DNA of 64,000 nucleotides from Bacilli bacterium (GTDB lineage Bacteria; Bacillota_I; Bacilli_A; RF39; UBA660): NCBI GenBank assembly GCA_017553685.1, contig JAFZKH010000007.1, positions 92,656 to 156,655 of the forward strand, read 5' to 3'. Shown piece by piece: positions 52,638 to 61,179 of this stretch (position 1 is its first letter; each line of letters starts with the position of its first letter). The notes under the pieces were generated by a model. It saw only the letters and a program-made list of their open reading frames with translations, ran no database searches and was not told where the DNA came from. The position numbers and the translations under genes were made by a program.

Positions 52638-53156
52638 TTATTTTTTAAATATATTTATTACTTTTCCAACTCTCTCTGTAATTGCTTTAGAGTTCTTAAT
52701 AGCAATTGTTTTACCAAGTGCTTTAGAAGTAATAGTTAAAGATGCGATAATAGATGTAACTAGTAGTACTAATAAAGATGGATTTATCTTTATTTTATCT
52801 ACTAAGGAAGCTGCTACCATCATACCAGCAGAACCACTAACTACTCCGCATACATCTCCAACTACGTCATTACAAATAGAGGCTAATTTATCAGAGTTTT
52901 TAATTAACTTAACTGAATGACTAGATCCCTTTATTTTCTTTGATGCCATAGCATTAAATGGTGTCTCATCTTGTGCTGTAATAGCTACTCCAATCATATC
53001 AAATATAACACTTATAAATATAAATAATAATATTATTAATATTCCTAAATATACATTTATTTTAGGTATTACTCCTTCTGATAATAAACTCATTCCCATT
53101 GATAATGCAAATGATAAAAATAAAACTGTTATTAACCATCCAAATTGTTTTTTCAT
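52638..53156 (-). CDS. oapA: OLE-associated protein A (DUF21/CNNM-like TM protein)
   Basis: FDMIGVA...PFNAMASKK.KG...CNDVVGDVCGVVSG motifs; lies downstream of the OLE RNA on the same strand. Confidence 0.85.
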   Translation of the reverse strand: MKKQFGWLITVLFLSFALSMGMSLLSEGVIPKINVYLGILIILLFIFISVIFDMIGVAITAQDETPFNAMASKKIKGSSHSVKLIKNSDKLASICNDVVGDVCGVVSGSAGMMVAASLVDKIKINPSLLVLLVTSIIASLTITSKALGKTIAIKNSKAITERVGKVINIFKK

Positions 53157-53201
53157 ATTTCTCACCTAGTATAATTATAACATAAAAAAATAAGAATATA
53201 A

Positions 53202-54041
53202 TTAATTCTTATTTTTAAGTGTATATACATAATTAGCAATACTTATAGGAGCATTATTAGTTAAGTTATCATTACCTATAGGAAATTGATTCTTTTTATT
53301 TGCTTCATTTTCAACATAACTTAAGAAAGTCCCACTAAATACATTAAAACCATTAGGATAATATCTAGATTTCTTTTCTAACTTTTTAAATGAAAAATAA
53401 CTTAATCCTAAGTAATCCATTATTTCTCTACTATTGGTATAGTATGATACACTATGTCCTTCATTTGGATATTTAGGCATTTTATCTGTGTATCCAACTA
53501 AATTATGAGTTGTTCTAAAATAGAATATAGGATTATCATGATTTTCTTTACCTGTATCAATAGGATAATCAGGATTAGGATCTAATACAGAATAAGCTCC
53601 ATTAATACCATATTCTCTAAGTTGGTTTTCAACATTTTCTTCACCATTTTTTAATAGATAATAAAGTAATAAAGAAGGATTATTTCTAACTTTTATTCTA
53701 TCTTCTTCATTATCAATTACATCTTCAATTATTCCAGAGTCTAAAACCCTTTGTTCATCTAGAATGCCTGATAAATAATATTCTTTAATTTGCATACCAT
53801 TTTCATCTTCATAAAAAACATAGCCAGGATAATTAGGATAATTTATATCTTCATTTGAAACAATTTGACCCATAAAGAAACTTTGTGTTCCTGTAGTTAA
53901 ATCATCTTTTCTATATTCCATATCATGAATTTCTATGGCTCTTACCATTTCTTTTTTTGGATCTATAACCATTCTTTGAAGAGCATTAATTAATTTATCA
54001 CTATCATAATTACCTTCTGCTACTAATAATATCTTATTCAT
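53202..54041 (-). CDS. Hypothetical protein (orphan) between ole and oapA
   Basis: ORF with its own TGTTATAAT promoter, GAGG RBS and terminator. Confidence 0.75.
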   Translation of the reverse strand: MNKILLVAEGNYDSDKLINALQRMVIDPKKEMVRAIEIHDMEYRKDDLTTGTQSFFMGQIVSNEDINYPNYPGYVFYEDENGMQIKEYYLSGILDEQRVLDSGIIEDVIDNEEDRIKVRNNPSLLLYYLLKNGEENVENQLREYGINGAYSVLDPNPDYPIDTGKENHDNPIFYFRTTHNLVGYTDKMPKYPNEGHSVSYYTNSREIMDYLGLSYFSFKKLEKKSRYYPNGFNVFSGTFLSYVENEANKKNQFPIGNDNLTNNAPISIANYVYTLKNKN

Positions 54042-54076
54042 AAATAACCTCACAAAAATTGTTTTTATTATAACAT

Positions 54077-54103
54077 AAAAAAATCATCTTATAAAGATGA
54101 TTT
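54077..54103 (-). terminator. Terminator downstream of the OLE RNA
   Basis: AAATCATCTT/AAGATGATTT hairpin with T7 on the minus strand. Confidence 0.7.
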
Positions 54104-54120
54104 ATTTCATAAAAAAATAT

Positions 54121-54631
54121 GACTGGTACTATCACAATTAACTTTGCGCCATAGGTCAAGTAGAAGTTTCTCATATTTAAACCTTTCGTTACCAAAAGGC
54201 GGTTCCCCTTTACTTAAATATATATACCGTCACCTAAGTATACGACTTGATTACCACTTAGTACGCACTGCAAACTCATGATAGTATACAGCCTAGGAGA
54301 TTTCCTCCCTGATATTGTTCTATTATTAGTCTTTTTTGCAAATACAGTTTCATATAAGATATAAATACCTAAATACTTTGGCCAATAATATGTAGATATT
54401 CCTATAATTCCCATATATTCACTCAAGATTAGCAATTTCTATATTGTAATGTGTTAAATGGGTTAATTCTTATATGCCATTATAAGATTCCCATAAAACT
54501 ACTTTTATATAAACACCCAGCTTTGGGCAAGCCAAGCAATCTATACAAAGTGTACTTGTATGCTATTTAACGAATTTTTAGGCTCGTCTTCATAATAGAT
54601 GTATCAACTAGGATACTGCACCCTTCATACG
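54121..54631 (-). ncRNA. ole: OLE RNA (ornate large extremophilic), short variant
   Basis: Minus strand reads GGUGCAGUAUCCUAGU...CUAAAAAUUCGUUAAA...CUUGAGUG...UUGCAAAA..GACUAA...GAGGAAAUCUCCUAGGCUG...UUGCAGUGCGUACUAAGUGGUAAUC...AAAGGGGAACCGC...ACCUAUG, matching OLE conserved blocks in order (from recall); oapA nearby. Confidence 0.88.
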
Positions 54632-54637
54632 AGAAAA

Positions 54638-54666
54638 ATTATAGCATATTTACGTAAAATAGTCAA
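54638..54666 (-). promoter_or_regulatory. sigma-A promoter of the OLE RNA
   Basis: TTGACT-17 nt-TATAAT with extended TG. Confidence 0.8.
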
Positions 54667-54703
54667 ATTTTTGGTTGACTTTTTAAAGCATTAAAAAACA
54701 ATA

Positions 54704-54913
54704 CTACTTAGTATTGTTCATTGCCTTCATAACTTGATTAATTTGTTTTTGAGAAGGTGTTCTTCCCATTTGAATCATCATAGTTCTAATCATTTGTTCA
54801 TTTATTGGTGGATTCTTCTTTAAATACTTTTCCATAATTATTTTAGCAACGAAGAAACCAATTATTAATCCTGGTACTAATCCAATTACTACCATTAATA
54901 TATCATGCCACAT
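54704..54913 (-). CDS. yneF: YneF family (UPF0154) protein
   Basis: [36 protein letters not shown]. Confidence 0.93.
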   Translation of the reverse strand: MWHDILMVVIGLVPGLIIGFFVAKIIMEKYLKKNPPINEQMIRTMMIQMGRTPSQKQINQVMKAMNNTK

Positions 54914-54976
54914 ATTATTTTCCTCCTTAAATACATATATATTATATATTATTTTTAAATAAAATAAAAGAACTTA

Positions 54977-56953
54977 TTATAATAAGTTCTCTATTCTACT
55001 AATTAATTTATCTATATTAATATTCATATATGTAAGAACATCTTCTTTTGAACCTGAAGCTCCAAATGAATCTACAGTTAATAAATAATCTGAACTTGGT
55101 ACAAACTTTTCCCATCCAAATGAAGATCCAAATTCTAAAACAAATATTGGTTTACCAGTTGGAATAACACTTTCTTTATAATCATCACTTTGAATATTAT
55201 ATAATTCCATACAAGGCATAGAAACTATTCTTACATCTATATTTTTATCTTGAAGTAATTTTACTTGCATTGATTTAGCAAGTTGAACTTCTGCTCCTGT
55301 TGCTATAATAACAGCATCTACTTTACTACTCTCTTCTCCAACAACATAAGCACCTTTTACAACACTTTCTTGTTTTGTTCCTTGTTCTGCTTTTACCTCA
55401 GTTTTAGGAAGTGAAATAACAGCAGGAAACTTATTATTTAATATTGTATTCCATGTACCAATAATTTCTTTAATATCAGCAGGTCTAAATACATATAAAT
55501 TAGGTATAGATCTAAGATCAGATAATTGCTCTACTGGTTGATGAGTAGGACCATCAAATGAATTTGTAATAGAATCATGAGTAAATATATATGTAACTGG
55601 TAAATTCATTAAAGCAGTTTGCCTAATAGATTCTCTCATACTATCACTATAAACAAGTAATGAAGAACCAAATGATCTAAATCCAGATATTGCAAGTCCA
55701 TTTAAACACGCTCCCATAAAGTTATCCCTAACTCCAAAAGGAATATTTTTACCAGAATATTTATTGTATCCAATTTCTTCTGATCCATCTATATATACTC
55801 TAGTAGAATTAGCAAGATCTGAACTACCTCCAATAAAGTTATAAACACTATTACCAATAATATTCATAATTCTATGATTACTTTCTCTCATAGATTCTTT
55901 ATTATTATAATCTATTGGTATTTCAGTTCTATTTAAATCTATATTTACTAAGTTTTGATTAAGATTATTTATTTCTATTAATTGTTGTGGTGTTAATATT
56001 TGTTTATATTGATTAACTAAATTCTCCCATTCTTGATATATTTTAATAGATCTACCAACAACAGTATCTCTCATATAACTTGCTGGTTCTTTTAAAATAG
56101 TAAATGGTATAGTTCCTACTCCAGCTTTTTGTTTAAATTGATCCATATCTGTTTTATCAAGCAATTGTGAATGTGTAGTTAATTTTCCTTGATTAAGTAA
56201 TCCTTCTCCTATTATAGTTTTAACTTGAATAATAGTTGGTGCTTTAGTTTTTTTTGCTTTTTCTATAGCTTTATTAATTTCACTAGAAGAATTACCATTT
56301 TTAACAAATATAGTATTCCATCCCATAGATGAAAATCTAGATAATACGCTTTCACTAAATGTTCTTTTGATTTCTCCATCTGATGATACTTCATTTGAAT
56401 CATATAATACTATTAAATTATCTAATCCCATAGTACCCGCAAAAGAAGCAGCTTCATATGAAATACCTTTCATAAGGTCTCCATCAGAAACTAAAACATA
56501 TACATTATAATCAATTAGTTTACCAATTTTAGATTTACTCTTATCATTATATAATGCCTCTAATTTCTTTTCAGCAAGTGCCATACCAACAGCAGTAGCA
56601 AACCCTTGACCTAGTGGTCCTGTACTTAAATCTACTCCTAATGTATTAATACTTGGATAAGCAGGTGTTTTAGATCCTAGTTGTTTATAGTTCTTTAAAT
56701 CATCTATCATTAATGGATAACCAGTTAAAAACATAGTAGCATATAATAATGCAGATGCATGTGATGCACTTAAAACAAATCTATCTCTATTTATCCAATC
56801 TGGTATAGAAGGATTAACTCTTAAATGTTTGGTAAAAAGTGTATATAAAATTGGTGCCGCAGAAAAACTTATACCATAACTTCCTTCTGTTCCAGAATTT
56901 TGAATCATATCTAAAGTAAGGTTTTTAATAACATTAATCGCCTTTTGATCCAT
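54977..56953 (-). CDS. tkt: Transketolase family protein with a degenerate active site
   Basis: NRDRFVLS, TGPLGQG, THDS...DGPTHQP, RPAD; synteny lexA-tkt-yneF. Confidence 0.85.
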   Translation of the reverse strand: MDQKAINVIKNLTLDMIQNSGTEGSYGISFSAAPILYTLFTKHLRVNPSIPDWINRDRFVLSASHASALLYATMFLTGYPLMIDDLKNYKQLGSKTPAYPSINTLGVDLSTGPLGQGFATAVGMALAEKKLEALYNDKSKSKIGKLIDYNVYVLVSDGDLMKGISYEAASFAGTMGLDNLIVLYDSNEVSSDGEIKRTFSESVLSRFSSMGWNTIFVKNGNSSSEINKAIEKAKKTKAPTIIQVKTIIGEGLLNQGKLTTHSQLLDKTDMDQFKQKAGVGTIPFTILKEPASYMRDTVVGRSIKIYQEWENLVNQYKQILTPQQLIEINNLNQNLVNIDLNRTEIPIDYNNKESMRESNHRIMNIIGNSVYNFIGGSSDLANSTRVYIDGSEEIGYNKYSGKNIPFGVRDNFMGACLNGLAISGFRSFGSSLLVYSDSMRESIRQTALMNLPVTYIFTHDSITNSFDGPTHQPVEQLSDLRSIPNLYVFRPADIKEIIGTWNTILNNKFPAVISLPKTEVKAEQGTKQESVVKGAYVVGEESSKVDAVIIATGAEVQLAKSMQVKLLQDKNIDVRIVSMPCMELYNIQSDDYKESVIPTGKPIFVLEFGSSFGWEKFVPSSDYLLTVDSFGASGSKEDVLTYMNINIDKLISRIENLL

Positions 56954-57017
56954 AACTATCACCCTAGCCCTTTATTCTTTATTAATTATACCAAACATTT
57001 AATAAAAAATAAATACA

Positions 57018-57179
57018 TTATTGAGCATCATAAGCATAATATTCTTCATAATTGTAATCTTCAATTACAGTATCCTCTACTTCATATGCATTAATTAGTC
57101 TAATAGCTAGTGAATATAATAAAACAACACAAATAATAAATGTAACTCCTATCTTTAAAATGTTTTTTAATTTTTTCAT
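57018..57179 (-). CDS. Small single-TM protein, 53 aa, candidate SOS division inhibitor (SosA/YneA position)
   Basis: GAGGTG RBS; MKKLKNILKIGVTFIICVVLLYSLAIRLINAYEVEDTVIEDYNYEEYYAYDAQ; divergent from lexA. Confidence 0.7.
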   Translation of the reverse strand: MKKLKNILKIGVTFIICVVLLYSLAIRLINAYEVEDTVIEDYNYEEYYAYDAQ

Positions 57180-57200
57180 ATATCTTCACCTCTTGTCTTC

Positions 57201-57275
57201 ATTCTATACCGAACGGTTGTATGTGTCAATATACTTTCAAACAAATGTTTGACATTTTACATTTTTTATGATAAT
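57201..57275. promoter_or_regulatory. Divergent promoters with two imperfect LexA (SOS) boxes
   Basis: CGAACGGTTGTATG (57210-57223) in the spacer of the minus-strand TTGACA-17-TAGAAT; CAAACAAATGTTTG (57238-57251) over the lexA -35. Confidence 0.65.
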
Positions 57276-57299
57276 ATTATTTTAGTAAAGGAGAATAAT

Positions 57300-57911
57300 A
57301 TGGAGAAACTAACTGTAAAACAAAACTTAGTTTTAGATTATTTAAAAAGAAGTATAGCTAAAAACGGTTATCCACCTACTGTTAGAGAAATTGGTAAAGC
57401 ATTAAACTTATCTAGTCCTGCAACAGTACAAGCTCATTTAAATACTCTAGAAGCTAAAGGATATATAAAAAGAGGAGATTCTAAAAATAGAGCTATAGAA
57501 TTATTAATAGATAATGATTATATAGAATCTAATACTGTAGATGTTCCATTACTTGGAAAAGTAACTGCAGGTAATCCAATAGAAGCTATAGAAATGCCAG
57601 ATGAATTCTTTACATTACCAGCATCTATGATACCTACTAAAAAAGAAATATTTACATTAAGAGTATCTGGTACATCAATGATCAATGCAGGTGTTCATGA
57701 TGGAGATATAGTTATTGTTCAAAGACAAGCTACTGCTAATAATGGAGATATGGTAGTTGCTATGACTGAAGATAATGAAGTAACACTTAAAACATTTTAT
57801 AAAGAAGATGGATATTTTAGATTACAACCTGAAAACGATACTATGGCCCCTATTATACTTGATAAAGTATATATAGTTGGTAAAGCAATAGGATTATATA
57901 GAAAGTTCTAA
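57300..57911 (+). CDS. lexA: SOS repressor LexA
   Basis: GYPPTVREI, VTAG cleavage site, GTSM, TLK; AAGGAG RBS before ATG 57300. Confidence 0.97.
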   Translation: MEKLTVKQNLVLDYLKRSIAKNGYPPTVREIGKALNLSSPATVQAHLNTLEAKGYIKRGDSKNRAIELLIDNDYIESNTVDVPLLGKVTAGNPIEAIEMPDEFFTLPASMIPTKKEIFTLRVSGTSMINAGVHDGDIVIVQRQATANNGDMVVAMTEDNEVTLKTFYKEDGYFRLQPENDTMAPIILDKVYIVGKAIGLYRKF

Positions 57912-57923
57912 TAAAAAAGATTG

Positions 57924-58556
57924 CTAACAGCAATCTTTTTCTTTTAAATAAGCAAGTATTAAATCAGTAGATGTTTTAACAAATGTTTTAATATCATCTA
58001 TATCAAACAGATATTCTTTTTTCTCTTTTGAATATTCAATAATATAACTAGTTTCATCTATTAATAAATTTAATTTATTCATTGGTATTTCAGTAATTAT
58101 ATTATTAATTTCAGGTAAATCATTATAAAAAATACTTAAATCCATATTATATTCATCAAGTAGTTTTGAATTTAAATTTGTATAATCATTATATACATAT
58201 AAAGTAAACATATTTTCATTACATTTTACTTTAGTTCCATCTAATTTAGTTATTAACTCTTTTTCTTCATCAAATAGATTTGGAATAAAATATTTAAACC
58301 ATAAATAATCTGTATATAAATGAATAAAGTATCCTAATACAAAATCATCATTCATATTATCTTTGTATTTATTTAAAAACTTATCTATATTTGGAATATC
58401 ATCATTTGCATCTTGAAAATGAGATTCTTTTTTAGAACCATTTGCAATCTTACCAAGATCTGGTGCTATGCCTCCTAATAAAATAAGATCATTATTTCTT
58501 TTTAATTCTTTATTAATCTCATTTGCAACAGCCATATGTATAATTGTTGATGCCAT
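57924..58556 (-). CDS. Zinc-dependent phospholipase C-like hydrolase
   Basis: MAS..IH, GGIAPD, SHF, GYFIHLYTD. Confidence 0.7.
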   Translation of the reverse strand: MASTIIHMAVANEINKELKRNNDLILLGGIAPDLGKIANGSKKESHFQDANDDIPNIDKFLNKYKDNMNDDFVLGYFIHLYTDYLWFKYFIPNLFDEEKELITKLDGTKVKCNENMFTLYVYNDYTNLNSKLLDEYNMDLSIFYNDLPEINNIITEIPMNKLNLLIDETSYIIEYSKEKKEYLFDIDDIKTFVKTSTDLILAYLKEKDCC

Positions 58557-58661
58557 TATTTATCACCTAATATGATTATACCATAAATAAGAAACAAATA
58601 CCCATATCTAATGTCAACATAGATAAAGTATGGTATAATTATTATAGTGGGATGTGTAAAT

Positions 58662-59789
58662 ATGGATAGAATATTTTTAGAAAATGATAATTTTAAAAAA
58701 TTATATACTTGTTTTATGGAACTAGCAAAAGAAGAAAAACAAAAGGATGCTATCACGCAAATAATGCAAACTGGAGAATATAATGGTTTTAAAGCAAATT
58801 CTATGATATCAAATCAAAGTTATAACGAAAAAGAAGAAAGAGCCAGAAGAATATACTATGCAGATATGATATTACAAAATAAGGATTTATTTTTTGAACT
58901 AGCAAAAAATGGTTTAAATGTTTTTCATGGAACTAAAATTGATGCATTAGAAACAATATTAAGTTTTGGTCTACATAATTCTTCAGAATTAGATAACAAA
59001 GGAATAGAACTTAAAACAGGAGAAGAATTAGCAATGAATAATCATCCCAATATTTGGAGTGTTGAAAAAAGAGAATTTGTTAGTTTAACTGATAATTATC
59101 ATACCGCTGTACATTATGCTGGATTTCCAAATGAAGAAATTGATTTATTAGCTAAGCAATATGGAATTATGCCTAAAGATGATACACCAATAATATTATG
59201 CTTTAATGGAGAATCAATTAAGCAAAATTATAGTCAATCAATAGTAAATGTAAGTTCAACATGTAACGAAATAGGAATTACTTCATCAATAAATCCATCT
59301 GAAATCAAATATATTATTACTACGCATGATAAACTAGATGAAGTTAAATCTATAGCATCAAAATATGGAATAAGTGTTATAGACTATGATGATAACAAAA
59401 GGTATGAAAGATATTATAATGAAAAAAGGAATAATAAATTCTATAATATTGGATTAAAGATAACTATAGACGAAGAAGAGTTTGATAGAATAAAGAATAA
59501 TACTGCTGAAACAACAAAACATTTATCAATAGATGAAAGTTCACAATTAGCAGACTACATAAAAAAGGATTTATTAATTAATTTAATTAATCAAGATAAT
59601 AATGGTATTTCATATACACCATTAACACCTGAAAGTATAATCCAAACATATAATTTGAATGAAAAAACAGCACAAAAATTTGCACTAGAAGTTAATCAAA
59701 TGTTTTTAGAGTATAAAAATAGAAGTATGCAAAATAGTACTCCCAATTATGATGAAGATCCTGGTTCTATGGGAGGATTTAATAAATAA
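58662..59789 (+). CDS. Hypothetical protein, possible ADP-ribosyltransferase-like fold
   Basis: FHGT...LETILSFGL, FVSLTD...AVHYA, later NEIG. Confidence 0.5.
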   Translation: MDRIFLENDNFKKLYTCFMELAKEEKQKDAITQIMQTGEYNGFKANSMISNQSYNEKEERARRIYYADMILQNKDLFFELAKNGLNVFHGTKIDALETILSFGLHNSSELDNKGIELKTGEELAMNNHPNIWSVEKREFVSLTDNYHTAVHYAGFPNEEIDLLAKQYGIMPKDDTPIILCFNGESIKQNYSQSIVNVSSTCNEIGITSSINPSEIKYIITTHDKLDEVKSIASKYGISVIDYDDNKRYERYYNEKRNNKFYNIGLKITIDEEEFDRIKNNTAETTKHLSIDESSQLADYIKKDLLINLINQDNNGISYTPLTPESIIQTYNLNEKTAQKFALEVNQMFLEYKNRSMQNSTPNYDEDPGSMGGFNK

Positions 59790-60336
59790 ATGATAATACA
59801 ATCGTATTATCATTTTTTATTTTAATCATAATACTTCCGTTTAAATCTGTTCTATATATTTTAGACTTTTCTAAATTATTTAATACTTCTTTATTTGGAT
59901 GGCCATATTTATTATTCTTACCTACACTAATTATGGAATATTCAGGATTAATCCTATTAATAAATTCTTTACTAGAACTAGTTTTAGATCCATGATGACC
60001 TACTTTTAATACATCTATATCAGATATATTATATTTATCTAAAATATCTTTTTCTTTAGATATATCAGCATCTCCCATAAATAAAAATTTATGATTATTA
60101 ATACTAGTATATATAACATTAGAGTCCTCATTTTCATCATTATATATTTTAGTTTGTAAAAAATATAAATTATCTACCCTATTTACGCATGTATAATAAT
60201 TAATATTTTTCTCTTTTAATACATTTATTAGTTTATTTTCTAAATCATTATATGGACCACAATTTAATATTACATTATCTACTTTAAAATTATTTACTAA
60301 GTTTATAGATTCTCCTATATGATCAAAGTCTCCATG
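59779..60336 (-). pseudogene. 3' fragment of comEC (MBL domain from HGDFDH onward)
   Basis: High identity to the C-terminal third of the comEC at 62015 (DILDKYNISDIDVLKVGHHGSKTSSS, YGHPNKEVLNNL); no 5' part. Confidence 0.85.
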
Positions 60337-60396
60337 TGGATACATACGTTTATGCATATGGATTTACATAAAAAAGAAAAAGGACTCATTAAGCCC

Positions 60397-61140
60397 TTAA
60401 TTAATAATAAATTTTAATGTAACATTTAAAGCTTCCTTCATGTGTTCATCATTATGGAAACCATGATCTGCACCTTCTATTAAACATAATTTTGCATTCT
60501 TACATTTTTTACTTGTATTAAGTGATGATTTATAAGTTACAAATGGATCTTTTGTACCATGAACAAATAATATTGGAATATCTATTTTTTGTAATAATTT
60601 ATATGTTGTATAATTTCGTTCATCTTTAAAATACTCATAACTTAGTTTCCAACCATTCTCAATTGGATAAAATCCATCTCTTTTAGCTATTTTTTCTTTC
60701 TTACTAGGAATATTTAATAAACCTCTGCCATAATCAATTGCAGGATACCACAATATAATTTTTTTAATATTATATTTTTTTAAATCAACATTTGATACTA
60801 TTCTTCCGCCCATTGAACATCCAATCAATATAAACGATTCAAAATTATAATTGTCCTTTAACATCTTTAAAGTATCATGCAGATTTCTAATCATATTAGA
60901 AACAGTATATTCAGTATATTCTCCATCAGAATCACCACATGCAACAAAATCAAATCTAAAATTATTTATTTTATTTTTTGTCAATTCATTTGCTAGCATA
61001 GTAGTTGGTCTAGAATCTTTACTGCTTGTTCTAGCATGGCAAATTATAACAATTTCTTTTTTTGAATTAACTATATTTAATAAACCACATAATTTTAAAT
61101 CATTATATGTTGAGAATAGAATTTTTTCTTCTTGAGTCAT
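60397..61140 (-). CDS. Alpha/beta hydrolase
   Basis: RFDF..GDSDG, GCSMGG, HGTKD, GADHGF. Confidence 0.88.
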   Translation of the reverse strand: MTQEEKILFSTYNDLKLCGLLNIVNSKKEIVIICHARTSSKDSRPTTMLANELTKNKINNFRFDFVACGDSDGEYTEYTVSNMIRNLHDTLKMLKDNYNFESFILIGCSMGGRIVSNVDLKKYNIKKIILWYPAIDYGRGLLNIPSKKEKIAKRDGFYPIENGWKLSYEYFKDERNYTTYKLLQKIDIPILFVHGTKDPFVTYKSSLNTSKKCKNAKLCLIEGADHGFHNDEHMKEALNVTLKFIIN

Positions 61141-61179
61141 GATTATCACATCCTATATTTATTATATCACAAGTCGCAT

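Noticed and set aside
54214..54435. 73-aa ORF from the ORF track
   Set aside because: Lies wholly within the OLE RNA, has no RBS, and is most likely spurious
54121..54631. tmRNA, RNase P RNA or group I/II intron
   Set aside because: Lacks their terminal and core motifs; the blocks match OLE and oapA is adjacent
795..61135. Short antisense or off-frame ORFs (e.g. 795, 1330, 2722, 7028, 7938, 10268, 13216, 14718, 22478, 27723, 41061, 48399, 50628, 51210, 58556, 60851)
   Set aside because: Shadows of well-supported genes, with no RBS or recognisable motifs
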